DNA of 64,000 bases from Alphaproteobacteria bacterium (GCA_964291415.2 OZ219918.1:64001-128000); one strand, 5' to 3'. Counted from the first letter of the stretch, positions 31,697 to 43,811 are shown. Notes: generated by a model not told the origin, from the sequence alone. Translations and numbers: made by a program.

Positions 31697-32602
31697 CTGA
31701 CCACGGATATCCAGGCAGCGCATCCGGCCGGCACGCTCGCCGCGTCTCCGGGCGACTATCTTGCGCTCCTCAAGCCGCGGGTGATGTCGCTGGTGGTGTT
31801 CACCGGCGCCATCGGTCTCGTCGTTGCCGAGGGAAGCCTCCACCCGTTCCTTGCCGCGGTGGCGCTCCTGTGCATCGCGCTGGGCGCCGGTGCCGCCGGG
31901 TGCATCAACATGTGGTACGAGCAGGATATCGACGCCCTGATGCACAGGACGTGGCATCGACCCATACCAAGCGGCCGGATCGCCGGGACGACCGCCCTGG
32001 AGTTCGGCACGACGCTGGCGATTGCCTCGGTCATGATGATGGGCGTGGCGGTCAACTGGATGGCCGCCGGTCTGCTGACCCTCGCCATCGCCTTCTATGT
32101 CTTTGTCTACACGGTGTGGCTCAAGCGCCGGACACCCTGGAACATCGTCATCGGGGGCGCCGCCGGCGCCTTTCCTCCGGTCATCGGCGAAGCCGCCGTC
32201 ACCGGCAGCGTGTCGGCCGCATCAGTCGCCCTCTTCGCCATCATCTTCATGTGGACTCCGCCGCATTTCTGGTCGCTGGCCCTCTATCGATCGGATGACT
32301 ACCGCCGCGCCGGCATTCCGATGCTGCCGGTCACGTCCGGCGCCACGGCGACGCGCTGGCAGATCCTTGCCTACAGCGTTCTCATGATTCCGGTGTCGAT
32401 GACCCCCTGGTTCCTTGGCAGTGCCGGCGCCCTCTATGGTGCTGGCGCCGCCGGCTTGTCGGTCATTTTCGCGTGTGGTGGCGTTGCCCTCCTGGTGCGC
32501 CGCAGCGAGGCATCGGCGCGCTGGATGTTCAGGTACTCCATTCTCTACCTTGCAGCGCTCTTCGCTCTCCTTGGCATCGATCACGGGATCTATGTGTCAT
32601 GA
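31697..32602 (+). CDS. cyoE: Protoheme IX farnesyltransferase (heme o synthase); probable CTG start
   Basis: LLKPRVMSL, DID.LM.RT..RPIP, KRRT..NIVIGG, WTPPHFW. Confidence 0.93.
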   Translation: MTTDIQAAHPAGTLAASPGDYLALLKPRVMSLVVFTGAIGLVVAEGSLHPFLAAVALLCIALGAGAAGCINMWYEQDIDALMHRTWHRPIPSGRIAGTTALEFGTTLAIASVMMMGVAVNWMAAGLLTLAIAFYVFVYTVWLKRRTPWNIVIGGAAGAFPPVIGEAAVTGSVSAASVALFAIIFMWTPPHFWSLALYRSDDYRRAGIPMLPVTSGATATRWQILAYSVLMIPVSMTPWFLGSAGALYGAGAAGLSVIFACGGVALLVRRSEASARWMFRYSILYLAALFALLGIDHGIYVS

Positions 32603-32718
32603 GCGAAGCCGAACGCATCAAGACGCAGCGCCGACGCCGCAGTATCGTGATCGCCCTCGTTCTCGCCGCGTTCATCCTCGTCATCTATGGCGTCTCGATC
32701 GTCAGGATGGGCGGCTGA
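32599..32718 (+). CDS. Small membrane protein of the cox operon (CoxF-like)
   Basis: 39 aa, RRRRSIVIAL plus one TM; ATGA overlap with cyoE; expected operon position. Confidence 0.7.
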   Translation: MSEAERIKTQRRRRSIVIALVLAAFILVIYGVSIVRMGG

Positions 32719-32721
32719 GTG

Positions 32722-33330
32722 ATGAGCAAGCGAACGACCGTCGCAGGGATTGTCGCCGGCATCGCCCTGATGACGGCGCTGACCGTGGCGGCGGTGCCGC
32801 TCTACCGCCTGTTCTGTCAGGTGACGGGGTTCGGCGGCACGCCCACCACGGCGAATGCCGCCCCCGGGTTCAGCGGGGATCCGACACTCGTCACGGTACG
32901 GTTCAATGCCGATACGGCGCGCGGACTCTTCTGGGAATTCCGCCCGCTGCTGAAGGAGGTCCGGACGCCGACGGGTGAGCAGGTCACGGTCTTCTACGAG
33001 GCGTTCAATCCCACGGGCCGGGAGATTACCGGAGTCTCGACCTTCAATGTCACGCCTTTGAAGATCGGCGAGTACTTCGCCAAGATCGACTGCTTCTGCT
33101 TCGTCGAGCAGACACTCAAGCCCGGTGAGCGTGTCGCCATGCCGGTCACGTTCTTCGTCGATCCGGAAATGCTGAAAGATCCGCTGACCGCTGAGGTCCG
33201 CAGCATCACACTGTCCTATACGTTCTTTGCCAGCGACAGGATGGCCGAGGCCCTGCTTCCGGATCCGCTGGCCATGCACACCATGACCGGTGGCCGGATT
33301 CCGGCCGTATCGTTACGAGGAGAGACCTGA
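32722..33330 (+). CDS. ctaG: Cytochrome c oxidase copper assembly protein CtaG/Cox11
   Basis: VPLYRLFCQVTG, CFCF motif. Confidence 0.95.
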   Translation: MSKRTTVAGIVAGIALMTALTVAAVPLYRLFCQVTGFGGTPTTANAAPGFSGDPTLVTVRFNADTARGLFWEFRPLLKEVRTPTGEQVTVFYEAFNPTGREITGVSTFNVTPLKIGEYFAKIDCFCFVEQTLKPGERVAMPVTFFVDPEMLKDPLTAEVRSITLSYTFFASDRMAEALLPDPLAMHTMTGGRIPAVSLRGET

Positions 33331-34142
33331 TGGCCGATCATTCATCCACGCATCCCTACCATCTGGTCAATCCCAGTCCCTGGCCCGCGCTTGGCGCCTT
33401 CTCCGCCTTCGTGCTGGCCGCCGGGATGATCGGCATGTTCGACAACCCGGGACGGTGGTGGATGATCTTTCCGGGACTGGCGCTTGCCCTGTCGACCATG
33501 TTCTTCTGGTGGCGCGACGTGGTGAGCGAGGCCCAGGTCGAGAAGGCGCACACCCCGGTGGTGCAGATCGGACTGCGCTACGGCATGGCGCTGTTCATCG
33601 CCTCGGAGGTGATGTTCTTCCTTGCCTGGTTCTGGGCCTACTTCAACGCCGCCCTCTTTCCCACCATCCAGATGGGCGGCATATGGCCGCCCGAGAATGT
33701 CCTCACGTTTGATCCCTGGGATCTTCCCTTCATCAACACGCTGGTGCTGCTGACTTCGGGCACCACCGTCACATGGGCTCACCATGCCTTGAGGGAAGGA
33801 AAGCGCGATCAGCTGATCGCCGGCCTGTGGGTCACGGTGGTGCTCGGCATCACCTTCACGGCCTTCCAGATCGTCGAATATGTCGAGGCGCCGTTCCCCT
33901 TCAGCGGCGGGATCTACGGTTCCACCTTCTTCATGGCCACCGGCTTCCATGGATTCCACGTCATCGTCGGCACCATCTTCCTCAGTGTCTGCCTGGTCCG
34001 GGCCTGCAAGGGCCACTTCACCCCGCAGCAGCACTTCGGGTTCGAGGCGGCCGCCTGGTACTGGCACTTCGTCGATGTCGTCTGGCTCTTCCTGTTCTGC
34101 TGCATCTACTGGTGGGGTGCGGGGGAAATCGCCCCGCACTGA
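33330..34142 (+). CDS. coxC: Cytochrome c oxidase subunit III
   Basis: HPYHLV.PSPWP, FIASEVMFF, TGFHG.HV, WYWHFVDVVW. Confidence 0.96.
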   Translation: MADHSSTHPYHLVNPSPWPALGAFSAFVLAAGMIGMFDNPGRWWMIFPGLALALSTMFFWWRDVVSEAQVEKAHTPVVQIGLRYGMALFIASEVMFFLAWFWAYFNAALFPTIQMGGIWPPENVLTFDPWDLPFINTLVLLTSGTTVTWAHHALREGKRDQLIAGLWVTVVLGITFTAFQIVEYVEAPFPFSGGIYGSTFFMATGFHGFHVIVGTIFLSVCLVRACKGHFTPQQHFGFEAAAWYWHFVDVVWLFLFCCIYWWGAGEIAPH

Positions 34143-34215
34143 CGCTGCGCCGGGGACCTGATGTTCCCGGCCGGTCCCGGAAGAGTCCTGTTGACCTGAA
34201 CCGGGCGGCGCCCGC

Positions 34216-34938
34216 TCAGGCCATGTGGGCGCCACCGTTGACGGAGAGGGTCGAACCGGTGATGAAACCGGCGTCGTCGGCGGCGAGAAACAGGACACAG
34301 CGCGCCACTTCCTCCGGCTGCGCCACCCGGCCCACGGGGATGCCGGAGACGATGCGCTGCATCATCGCTTCGCTGACATGGGCAATGAGATCGGTGTCGA
34401 CATAGCCCGGCGCGACGGCATTGACGGTGATCCCCTTCGAAGCATTCTCGCGGGCCAGTGCCTTCGTCAGGCCGAGCATGCCCGCCTTGGCGGCCGAATA
34501 GTTCGACAGTCCCAGCATACCGGCCTGGCCGTTGACGGAACTGATGTTGACGATCCGTCCGAACCCGCGGCTGCGCATGCCGCCGATGACCGCGCGGCAC
34601 ATGTGAAAACATGAACTCAGGTTGACATCCACGACCCTCGACCAGTCCTCGTCCGCCATCTTGTGAAGGAACCCGTCGCGCGACGTGCCGGCGTTGTTGA
34701 CCAGGACCTCGATACCGCCGATCTGCTCCTCGACGAGGGCCACGCCCTCCTGGCAGGCATCGTGGTCCGAGACATCCCAGCGGAATGACGGAATGTCGGT
34801 CCGCGCGGTGAAGTCCCGGGCAGCCTCGACGTTGCCGGAATAGCTCACGGCGACCGTGTAGCCGGCGGCGGCGAGGGCTTCGGCGATGGCGGCGCCGATA
34901 CCGCGCGTGCCGCCGGTGACGAGAGCGTTCCTGCTCAT
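34216..34938 (-). CDS. phbB: Acetoacetyl-CoA reductase
   Basis: TGGTRGIG, NNAG, NYSAAK; downstream of thiolase. Confidence 0.9.
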   Translation of the reverse strand: MSRNALVTGGTRGIGAAIAEALAAAGYTVAVSYSGNVEAARDFTARTDIPSFRWDVSDHDACQEGVALVEEQIGGIEVLVNNAGTSRDGFLHKMADEDWSRVVDVNLSSCFHMCRAVIGGMRSRGFGRIVNISSVNGQAGMLGLSNYSAAKAGMLGLTKALARENASKGITVNAVAPGYVDTDLIAHVSEAMMQRIVSGIPVGRVAQPEEVARCVLFLAADDAGFITGSTLSVNGGAHMA

Positions 34939-34967
34939 GATGACATGGTCTCCCGATCTGCTGCGCT

Positions 34968-36140
<1,173 letters not shown>

Positions 36141-36311
36141 GACGGGAATCTCCACTCATGGCTGGCGATCCCTTGTGCCACAGGTCCGGCGATCGAGTCG
36201 AGATGCGACAGGGCGCCGGTCCGTCACGTGGAGCGGGATTGCGGTGTCTCGCGGGCGGGTCGGCGAGGCTCGCCAGGGATGACGTCGCCCCGCATCATGT
36301 CTCCCCGGCCG

Positions 36312-38008
36312 TCAGCCTTCGGGACCGAAGGTCGCATGCTCCGACCACCACAAAGGCACCTTGATGGTTTCGGACGTGAGCGGTCCCTTTCCTTCGGCGA
36401 CCCGGCGTGCGGTGTCGTATCCGGACTGGGCATAGCGGACGATGCCGATACCGCCGTCGGTGGTCATGGCCGCCTCGATGCGCAGGGCGCTCTCCGCGGT
36501 GCCGTCGGCGATGATCGTGACGCCCGTGTGATGGGACACACCCATCGTGCCGTTGGCCTGTATGGAGACGAGATCGGCCATGGCCGCGGTGTTGAGCAGG
36601 GCGTTGAGGAACGGCCAGTCCGAAATGCGTCGGAACCGTCCTTCATGGTCTCGGTCTCCATGGCCGGATTGGCGATGGATCCCGCATCCAGATTGTCCCT
36701 GGAGAAGGCGATCGGCCCCTCGACGTCTCCACGGCCAACCAGCCGGTTGACGGCCAGGGCGAAGTCCTTCCTCTGCCCGAAACCCATGAAGCAGACCCGC
36801 GCGGGAAGCCCTTCGACGGGGAGGTGCTTGCGTGCAAGCGGAATCCAGCGCTGCGTGACGGGACACTCGGGAAACATCTCCAGCGCCAGGTCATCGAGCC
36901 GGTCGCGATCCGCCGTCGATCCCGATATGCAGGTCCAGCGAAAGGGGCCCCTGCCGAGTTCGAAGATCCGGGGACGCCAGTACGCGGAGACAAAGCCCGG
37001 ATAGCCGAAGGCCTCGTCCTGGTCCATGCCGGCATCGAAGGCCTCCTTTCGGGCAAAGGTGCCGAACTCGAAGACTTCGCAGCCGTGGTCGCGGAAGCGG
37101 TTCATGGCTCCCACGATGCGCTTGATCGACTCCCGGGCGTACTCCAGATAGATCGTGCGGGATTGCGCGCGAACGCCGGCGGCGCGGTCCGGCGAGAGAC
37201 CGGAGGGAATGACGGCCAGGGGATCGTGAAACGGGCACATCTCCGTCACGATATCGGGAAACCAGCCCTTCGAGAGGGCCTCTTCGCAGACGTCCACCAT
37301 GTTGCCGCAGAGGACGATCGAAAGGGGTTCCCTTGCCTCGGCCGCCCTGCGGGCCAGTTCGATGGCCGACACGAGGTCGTCTGCCTCGACATCGACCCAG
37401 CCGTCCCGCAGACGTTGCTCCACGACGTCCTTCCTGACCTCGACAGTGACCGAGACACCGCCATGCATGGTCATGGCCCGGGGCTGGGAACGGCCCATGC
37501 CGCCGAGGCCCGCGGTGAAGAAGATTCGGCCGGCGAGGTCGCCGTCCCACCGGTTGTCGGCAATGCAGGCAAGGGTCTCGAAGGTCCCTTCCACCACGCC
37601 CTGGCTTCCGATGTACTCCCACGGGCCGGCGGTGTAGGACGAGAAGGTCGTCAGGTTGCGGTCCATGAGGTCGTAGAACTTCTCCCAGTCGGCCTGGATG
37701 ACATTGGAGAGCGCCATGACGACACGCGGCGCCAGCCTGTGCGTCCGGAAAACCGCCACCGGCATGCCCGCCTGGATGGCGAGGGTCTCGTCATCCTCGA
37801 GATTCTTCAGGGTGTCGACGATCGCATGGTAGCTTTCCCAGTTCCGCGCCGCCTTGGCGATTCCGCCGTAGACGATCAGGCGTGACGGGTCTTCCGCGTT
37901 CTCGAGGTTGTTCTCCAGCATGCGCAGCAGCGATTCCTGCTTCCAGCCCTTGCAACGCAACCGGGGTCCTCGCTCCGCCCTGACCTGCCTGAAGACATCT
38001 GCCGGCAT
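36312..38008 (-). pseudogene. Urocanate hydratase family protein (paralogue 2), 1-nt frameshift near 36627
   Basis: YGGIAKAARNW, GRGPFRW, ETE.MKDGSDA, then ISDWPFLNALLN...GIVRYAQSGY in another frame. Confidence 0.85.
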
Positions 38009-38119
38009 GGCCACCCTCCACTCTGGTGGCGCGAGTTTGCCATCGACGCGCCACGCGCGCGATTGCCGGAACGTCATTCGGAGCGTGACTGCCCGGAACT
38101 GCACCCGGCAAGGGGGAGA

Positions 38120-38432
38120 TCCGGCACACCGAGGATCACGGCACAAGGCGCTTCGATGCGGCCGGAAAGACGGTCTCCGCCCAGCGCTCCCGGGAAAGGG
38201 GCACCATCAGCACCTGCCTGAGAGCGCCCACGGCTGACACTCGCCGCACTCACGCGAAAGCGCGTCGCCGCAACGCGGTGGCTCAAGCTCCCGGCCCGCG
38301 CCTCAAGAACCCAAACCCGGAGATCAAGGGAAAGCACCTTCGACATGTCTGCCGGCCTCGTTCCCGGCAGACAGCGTGAATCACAAGCCAGACGCCTTGG
38401 GCATCCCTTTCGATTCACTCAGATAGGTTGCG
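38120..38432 (-). mobile_element. IS630-family remnant (left end plus N-terminal HTH of the transposase)
   Basis: MSKVLSLDLRVWVL...SHRVAATRFRVSAASVSR...GGDRLSGRIE from ATG 38346; no DDE domain follows; boundaries approximate. Confidence 0.7.
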
Positions 38433-38559
38433 CTCCGGGTCGCGACCATAGCGGCGCTCACCTCGGATGGTCGGTTTGTGACCTGAAGCTGACGCCGTCC
38501 GCGCGATTCACATGTGACGTGAAAGTGGTGTGTCATCGGTACGGCGCCCATTTCCAACG

Positions 38560-39621
38560 TCAAGCATTCCAGTCAAATGCACCGCAAGCCTCGTCAAACT
38601 GCCGCAGATGGGAAGACCTCTGCTGGTTTGTCATCCAGGCCGATTGATAACCGTTGCGCATGAGCTTGATCAGGGTCTCAGTCGACAGGTTCCCGTTTCT
38701 CTGGGCCTCAATCAGTGTCCTGTTCAACCACCCTGAACCAAACTGTTCCGGATCATCAGAGTTGATCGTTATCATGACCCCGCGATCCATCAATCTGATC
38801 AACATATCCAGATTGCCGGCAGATGCAGTCTCATCCTCGAACACATACCGTGTAGGGCACCCTGTCAACGCGATCCCCTTGTCCACGAGGAGTGATACGA
38901 GATCATCATCTTCGATCGCGTTTAACCCGTGGTCGATGCGTTCTACGCCCAGAGCTTCAATGCAGTCGCGAATATGCCGGAGAGAGTTTGGCTGGTGCAC
39001 GTCACAATGAGAGGTGAGCCTGTAGCCTTGCTCCCTCGCCCTAGAAAAAAGGGGTGAGAACGTATTCGGAAAGTCGTCTATCTCCGGGTTGTCGAGACCG
39101 ACTCCAACGATGTCTTCCCTGTATGGATGGACGTTATCCAGGATAGCGCAGGCGTCATCCAGGCTTTGATCGCGTTGGAAACACATGATCCATTGTGTTT
39201 CGATTCCGAACTCGTCCTGTGCAGTCCGTGCGCCCGAAAACAACCCTTCGAGCAGCGCATCGAGACTGACGCCCTGGCGCAGTCCCTGTTGCGGATCGAA
39301 CATGATCTCGGCATACACGATGTTCTCGCCATGGCACTTCTTGAGGCACCTGTACGCAATTTCCTCGTAGTCTCGACCTGTACGCAAAACCGAACGACAA
39401 ACGTCCAGGCACTCAATGAAGCTGATCAGGCCTGCTTCCCCATCTCCGTTGCGTCCGTTCGCCTTCTGGGCGAACAGGACGTCACCGGCCCGCTCGTACG
39501 GCAATCGGACGCCATTCCGCTCAGCGATGGAGAACAGCAAGTCAGGTTCGATCGTTCCCTCAATGTGGATATGCAGTTCCACCTTTGGCATTGCTTCGAT
39601 GAACTCTGAGATCCTGGTCAT
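38560..39621 (-). CDS. Adenosine/adenine deaminase family protein
   Basis: PKVELHIHIEG, ERIDHG, INSDDP; visibly lower GC than flanks. Confidence 0.88.
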   Translation of the reverse strand: MTRISEFIEAMPKVELHIHIEGTIEPDLLFSIAERNGVRLPYERAGDVLFAQKANGRNGDGEAGLISFIECLDVCRSVLRTGRDYEEIAYRCLKKCHGENIVYAEIMFDPQQGLRQGVSLDALLEGLFSGARTAQDEFGIETQWIMCFQRDQSLDDACAILDNVHPYREDIVGVGLDNPEIDDFPNTFSPLFSRAREQGYRLTSHCDVHQPNSLRHIRDCIEALGVERIDHGLNAIEDDDLVSLLVDKGIALTGCPTRYVFEDETASAGNLDMLIRLMDRGVMITINSDDPEQFGSGWLNRTLIEAQRNGNLSTETLIKLMRNGYQSAWMTNQQRSSHLRQFDEACGAFDWNA

Positions 39622-39961
39622 GGAAGTCTTGCCTATGATCAATCGATTGCCGATGTCTCGATGATAACCCCGGTTTTCCGGTGTGTCGCTTGGCAGGAGA
39701 GGAAACCTTGCCAACGCTGACGGCTGCAACTGGCCATGAAGCGACCCTTATGGCGCAGGACACTGGCGCGACTTCGGACGTGACGCCGGCCCATGACGGT
39801 GGCTCAACGGTAGACAATTGGCGCCCTCAAGGTGCCTGGTTACGCGTCAGGTCCATCAAGGCCCTCGTCAAACACGACGGGGCCGACACGCCTCCTGGCA
39901 ACAGGCGGGTCGATCCTTGCCAGGCGGAACGACTATCGGCGCGCTATAGCGGGACACGGCA

Positions 39962-41407
39962 TCAGCGGTCCGCACCCATGGTCGGCAAGCTGAGGGGCGC
40001 GATCGTTGCGGCACTGCGCCCGGCGAAATCGCGCTTCGGACCGCCGGCCAGCATGCGGGCCTGGGCCTCCTGCAGGCGATCGTGCGCCGCCTCGGGATCG
40101 AGCGTCGTGACCCTGCCGTCGGCCACGACCTGACGGCCGTCCACAAAGACATCCTTCACCGCACGGTCCGCTGCCGAGAAGACCAGGCTGCGCAGGGGAT
40201 CGCGCACGGGCCGCATGTGGTGATTGGCGAGATCGGCGATCACGATGTCGGCCCTGGCGCCGGGCGCGAGGCGGCCGAGATCGTCGCGGCCCAGGGCGTT
40301 CGCCCCGCCGACGGTGGCTGCATCGAGGATGTCGGCGAGACCGAGGGCAGCGATGTCGCCGGCCGCAATGCGCGCCAGTACGGCCGCCTTGCGCATCTCC
40401 TCCAGGAAATTGTGGGGCAGGGTGTCCGTGCCGATGCCCATAGCCACGCCGGCCTTCAGGTAGCGTCCGAAGTCCTCCAGCACCTGGCCGTAGCGGCAAA
40501 ACGGGGTGGGGCAGTGGGCCACCGTGACGCCGGTCTCGGCGAGGATCGAGAGATCGCGCCGGGTGCGCCAGTGGAGCCAGGAGTGATCGTCGATGAAGAT
40601 GGCGTGCGCCAGAAGCGCGCCGGGCGTCAGGAAGCCGATCGCTTTCGCCCATTGCACGGGGGTCATGCCGTGGCGCTCGACCATGAGGTTGAACTCGACG
40701 ACCGACTGCGCGATGTGGGTGGTGTAGGGGCGGCCGCTTGAGCGGGCCGCGGCAACGGTGTCGCGCAGGAGATCTTCGGTGCAGGTGTCGATGGTGCCGG
40801 GTGAATACATGCCCGAGAGCCGGCCGCACGGGTGCGCCTCGGCCTCGGACATAAGCGCCTCGGCTTCGGTCATGCCGCGAACGCCGTTCGCCTCGTCCCA
40901 CACGAAGCCCAGCCTGTGGCCGGCCTCCATTCGCCACGAGGCGGAGCCGTACCAGGGCGCAACCCAGGCTCTGAGCCCGCTCCTCGCGATGAGGTCGATC
41001 CAGCCCGGATAGGCGTGCGACACGTCCACCAGAGAGGTGACGCCGGAGCACAGAAGTTCCGAGAACGCCACCTCGGCCGCGGCCGAGGCGCCGTCATCGT
41101 CGGTACGAAAGGCGCAGCTGCGCTCGTAGAGCCCGGTCATGTACATCTCGGGCACGCCGTGCTCCTCGCGCACGCCCCTGTAGGCCGGCTCGGATGAGGG
41201 ATGGGCGTGAAGGTCGATCAGGCCGGGCAGGACAAAGAGCCCGCGTCCGTCGATTTCCCGGTCGGCATCGCCGGCAAAGCCTGGACCCACGTGCACGATG
41301 CGGTCATCGACAAAGGCGAGGTCGGCGTCGCGGAGATAGGCGTGCCGGCCCGCCGTCCGGTCCCATGCGACAAGCCAGGCGGCGTTCCGGATCAGCGTCG
41401 TGGGCAT
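39962..41407 (-). CDS. Amidohydrolase (SsnA/AtzA-TrzA chlorohydrolase-like)
   Basis: PGLIDLHAH, THIAQS, LAHAI, VAHCP, GIGTD, GRLAPGARAD. Confidence 0.85.
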   Translation of the reverse strand: MPTTLIRNAAWLVAWDRTAGRHAYLRDADLAFVDDRIVHVGPGFAGDADREIDGRGLFVLPGLIDLHAHPSSEPAYRGVREEHGVPEMYMTGLYERSCAFRTDDDGASAAAEVAFSELLCSGVTSLVDVSHAYPGWIDLIARSGLRAWVAPWYGSASWRMEAGHRLGFVWDEANGVRGMTEAEALMSEAEAHPCGRLSGMYSPGTIDTCTEDLLRDTVAAARSSGRPYTTHIAQSVVEFNLMVERHGMTPVQWAKAIGFLTPGALLAHAIFIDDHSWLHWRTRRDLSILAETGVTVAHCPTPFCRYGQVLEDFGRYLKAGVAMGIGTDTLPHNFLEEMRKAAVLARIAAGDIAALGLADILDAATVGGANALGRDDLGRLAPGARADIVIADLANHHMRPVRDPLRSLVFSAADRAVKDVFVDGRQVVADGRVTTLDPEAAHDRLQEAQARMLAGGPKRDFAGRSAATIAPLSLPTMGADR

Positions 41408-41921
41408 CTGGTGTCCGATCTGCTGTTGCAAGAGGTGTTGACGTGGCCGATCAGCCCCTCATTCGGTGGGCAGGAGTTCATGATGCCCGCACCGTCGCTG
41501 ACCATGGAATCGCCGAAGCGGCATGCCTCGCTCTGTCGGCAGGGGACATCCGCGAAACGTTGTCGCCGACCGCAACGCCAGGCCCCCTGGCGCAGTGCAG
41601 AAAAGCCTCGTATGTCGCATGGGCGATGTCTGCTTGAGCCGTGGTTCCGGCGAGGCCTGTCACAAACGACGGACACGGCAAGACGTCTCAATCTCATGAC
41701 GGTCGCCCCGATGGGAAATCGAACGTCGAACCAATACGGACAATGCGACTGATCTGCAACGGCGGTAGAACATGTGGTTTCGGAGAGGTGTCTTGATCCG
41801 TCTGTGTAGCCGGGCCAGTTCCTCCTCGAGGCGGTCGAGGCCGCGTCGGGGAAGCGGCTGATGCCCGGCGAGCGAGCGCAGAACTGATCGGGTGTGACTT
41901 ATGCCCGATGTGCGGGCGCCG

Positions 41922-42381
41922 TTACTGTTCCGGTGACGGGTTCTGCGCCGAACTTGCGATCAACGACGCCCAGTCGTCGGGTGGGTTCCCCTGCGCGAGC
42001 ATTCTGGTGAACACCGCGTACGGATCGGTCTTGCTCCCGGAGGACCGCAACGTGTTTTCGTCATTGATCCAGGCATAGACGATTACCTTCGCCTTGGCAT
42101 CGTAGCGGAAGAACAGCCTGAATCTCCTGCCGATCTTGGCGCGTCGCCAGTGTCGGTAGTCTCTCCCGAGCGTACTTCCCTTGTCGGTACTCGGGCCGGG
42201 ATGGATCTTGCGGGATAACCTCCAGGATCGCCCGGTCGACTGCTCGCAACAGCTTGACGTTCGAATTGGATACAGCCCTTCCAGGGTCCCTTCGCCGGGC
42301 GCGCTCGGCTGCATCCTTGAGTCTGCCGCGCTGCCTGCTGAACTCCGTGTAGAACAGCAGTCTCCATCCGTGTCTTTCCAC
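41922..42381 (-). pseudogene. yhaV: YhaV-family toxin (RelE-like RNase), frameshifted near 42178
   Basis: IPQDP.RPEYRQG, then TLG..YRHWRRAK...RFRLFFRY...YAWIND..TLR..GS.TDPY in another frame. Confidence 0.85.
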
Positions 42382-42701
42382 TACAGGTCCACATCGCCCT
42401 CGATGGGCTCATCGAGATCGATGTCCAGTTCGGCGTGTTCCAGCATCTCCTGCGCGACGTCGTCAGGGATCTCCTCCATCCCTCGACCTGCCTCGATCTC
42501 TTTCTCGATCAGATCGAGAAATGCCCTGATGGCTGGATCTTCGTGCTCGACATCAGCGCGACTCACGACGACCTGTCCGTTTTCGTGGAGTTCGAACGTC
42601 ACTTTGGTTCCGGTGTCGGCACCGAGTGCCTGGCGGATCGGCTTCGGTACCGTGATTTGCCCCTTCGCGGTCATCGTGGCCACTTCGTGGATGATTGGCA
42701 T
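42381..42701 (-). CDS. prlF: PrlF/SohA family AbrB-type antitoxin
   Basis: TAKGQITVPK.IRQALG, EDPAI.AFL, DLDEPIEGDV; AAGAGGAG RBS; abuts yhaV. Confidence 0.88.
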   Translation of the reverse strand: MPIIHEVATMTAKGQITVPKPIRQALGADTGTKVTFELHENGQVVVSRADVEHEDPAIRAFLDLIEKEIEAGRGMEEIPDDVAQEMLEHAELDIDLDEPIEGDVDL

Positions 42702-42734
42702 GTCCGACACTCCTCTTGCGTGGCCTGCGACATC

Positions 42735-42752
42735 GTAAGGAACTGTCCTTAC
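42735..42752. promoter_or_regulatory. Palindromic operator upstream of prlF-yhaV
   Basis: GTAAGGA-ACTG-TCCTTAC. Confidence 0.65.
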
Positions 42753-43550
42753 CTTATCAACCGAATGTGGCTGATGCGCGGTTTATCGCTTGCATCGTTG
42801 CGTTGCGCCTGTTCCTGCCTTCAGGTTCTGTCAGGACCATGCCAGCCTCCGAGAGGGTGATTTGGTCGCTCCTGACGACGACAGGTCTTCGCTGTTTGCC
42901 GGGCCCGGGACGCCAAGGTGGCCTCGTCGCACCGCCCGTTCACCTGGCGCGCGATGTTCGCGAAGAGCCCGTCCCGCCAACCAAGTCGTCAAGCCCGGTA
43001 CAGGCGCCGCCGCCCTTGGCCGGTCGCAAGAGGTCCCACTTCCGCCGGCGGGTTGCATGGGCATTCGAAGCTTGCGGCCGCAGTCTTCCGTGACAGGTCC
43101 CGCTGCATCCCGGGGCTCAGGCGGCCTCGACTCCACTCAATGGGGGAGGAGAAGAGCCGGTCGGGAACGAAGGTGCTGACGGAGAGGGGGCGGGCAGAGC
43201 CTGTCGGTCCCAAGACGGTGGCCAGTCTTGTGCTGGACGCCCTGAGGATCAGGAGCGACTGCCCGGAGGCGACCATGTTCGAGAAGATCTGGAGCCTGTG
43301 CGTCGAGGCTCCGCACCACCAGGTAGCGAGCGCCTGAGTCCTGTCGTTCGTCGTCGATGCGATACACCATCCTGGCGACCTCGAGACGGCGAGGCTGGCC
43401 TGATACGTGGAATGGCACATGCGCCAGCGCCGCGCACCGCTCGTCTCCGAAGACGAAGACGGACAGGTGGCACGCCGTCAGCGCACCCTCTGGCAGTTGA
43501 ACGAATTGCGGGCGTAGAGGGTGGCGCGGCTCGTGGCGGTCTCCGTCCGG

Positions 43551-43811
43551 TCAGTCCTTGATGGCGTCCTCCGGAGTCGGTGGCGCATCCGGCGCACGGT
43601 CGAGAAGCCTTGTCAGATCGCCGCGCTTTGCCATGCCGGCACGCGCTTTCAGGAAATCGTCAGCCGTCTCCACGGCCCCGATCTTCTGTGCGACCGCCGA
43701 AACGATCCACTGGTTAAGCGACACACCGTCCTCCATGGCAAGACGTGCCGCCGTCTCCTTGAGCGACTGCGGCAGTTGGAGCGGGTACTTGTAGCGTTGG
43801 GTCTGCGTCAT
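43551..43811 (-). CDS. HicB-like ribbon-helix-helix antitoxin
   Basis: YPLQLPQSL...A..DGVSLNQWIVSAVAQK; overlaps the PIN gene stop. Confidence 0.8.
   Translation of the reverse strand: MTQTQRYKYPLQLPQSLKETAARLAMEDGVSLNQWIVSAVAQKIGAVETADDFLKARAGMAKRGDLTRLLDRAPDAPPTPEDAIKD

Noticed and set aside
39720-39920. Possible IS5/IS1182 transposase scrap (SIKALVKHDGAD)
   Set aside because: Similarity is too short and degenerate to support without a search.
42780-43540. Short ORFs between the TA modules, including a RelE-like phrase VYRIDDE
   Set aside because: No coherent gene, RBS or full motif set; probably decayed fragments.
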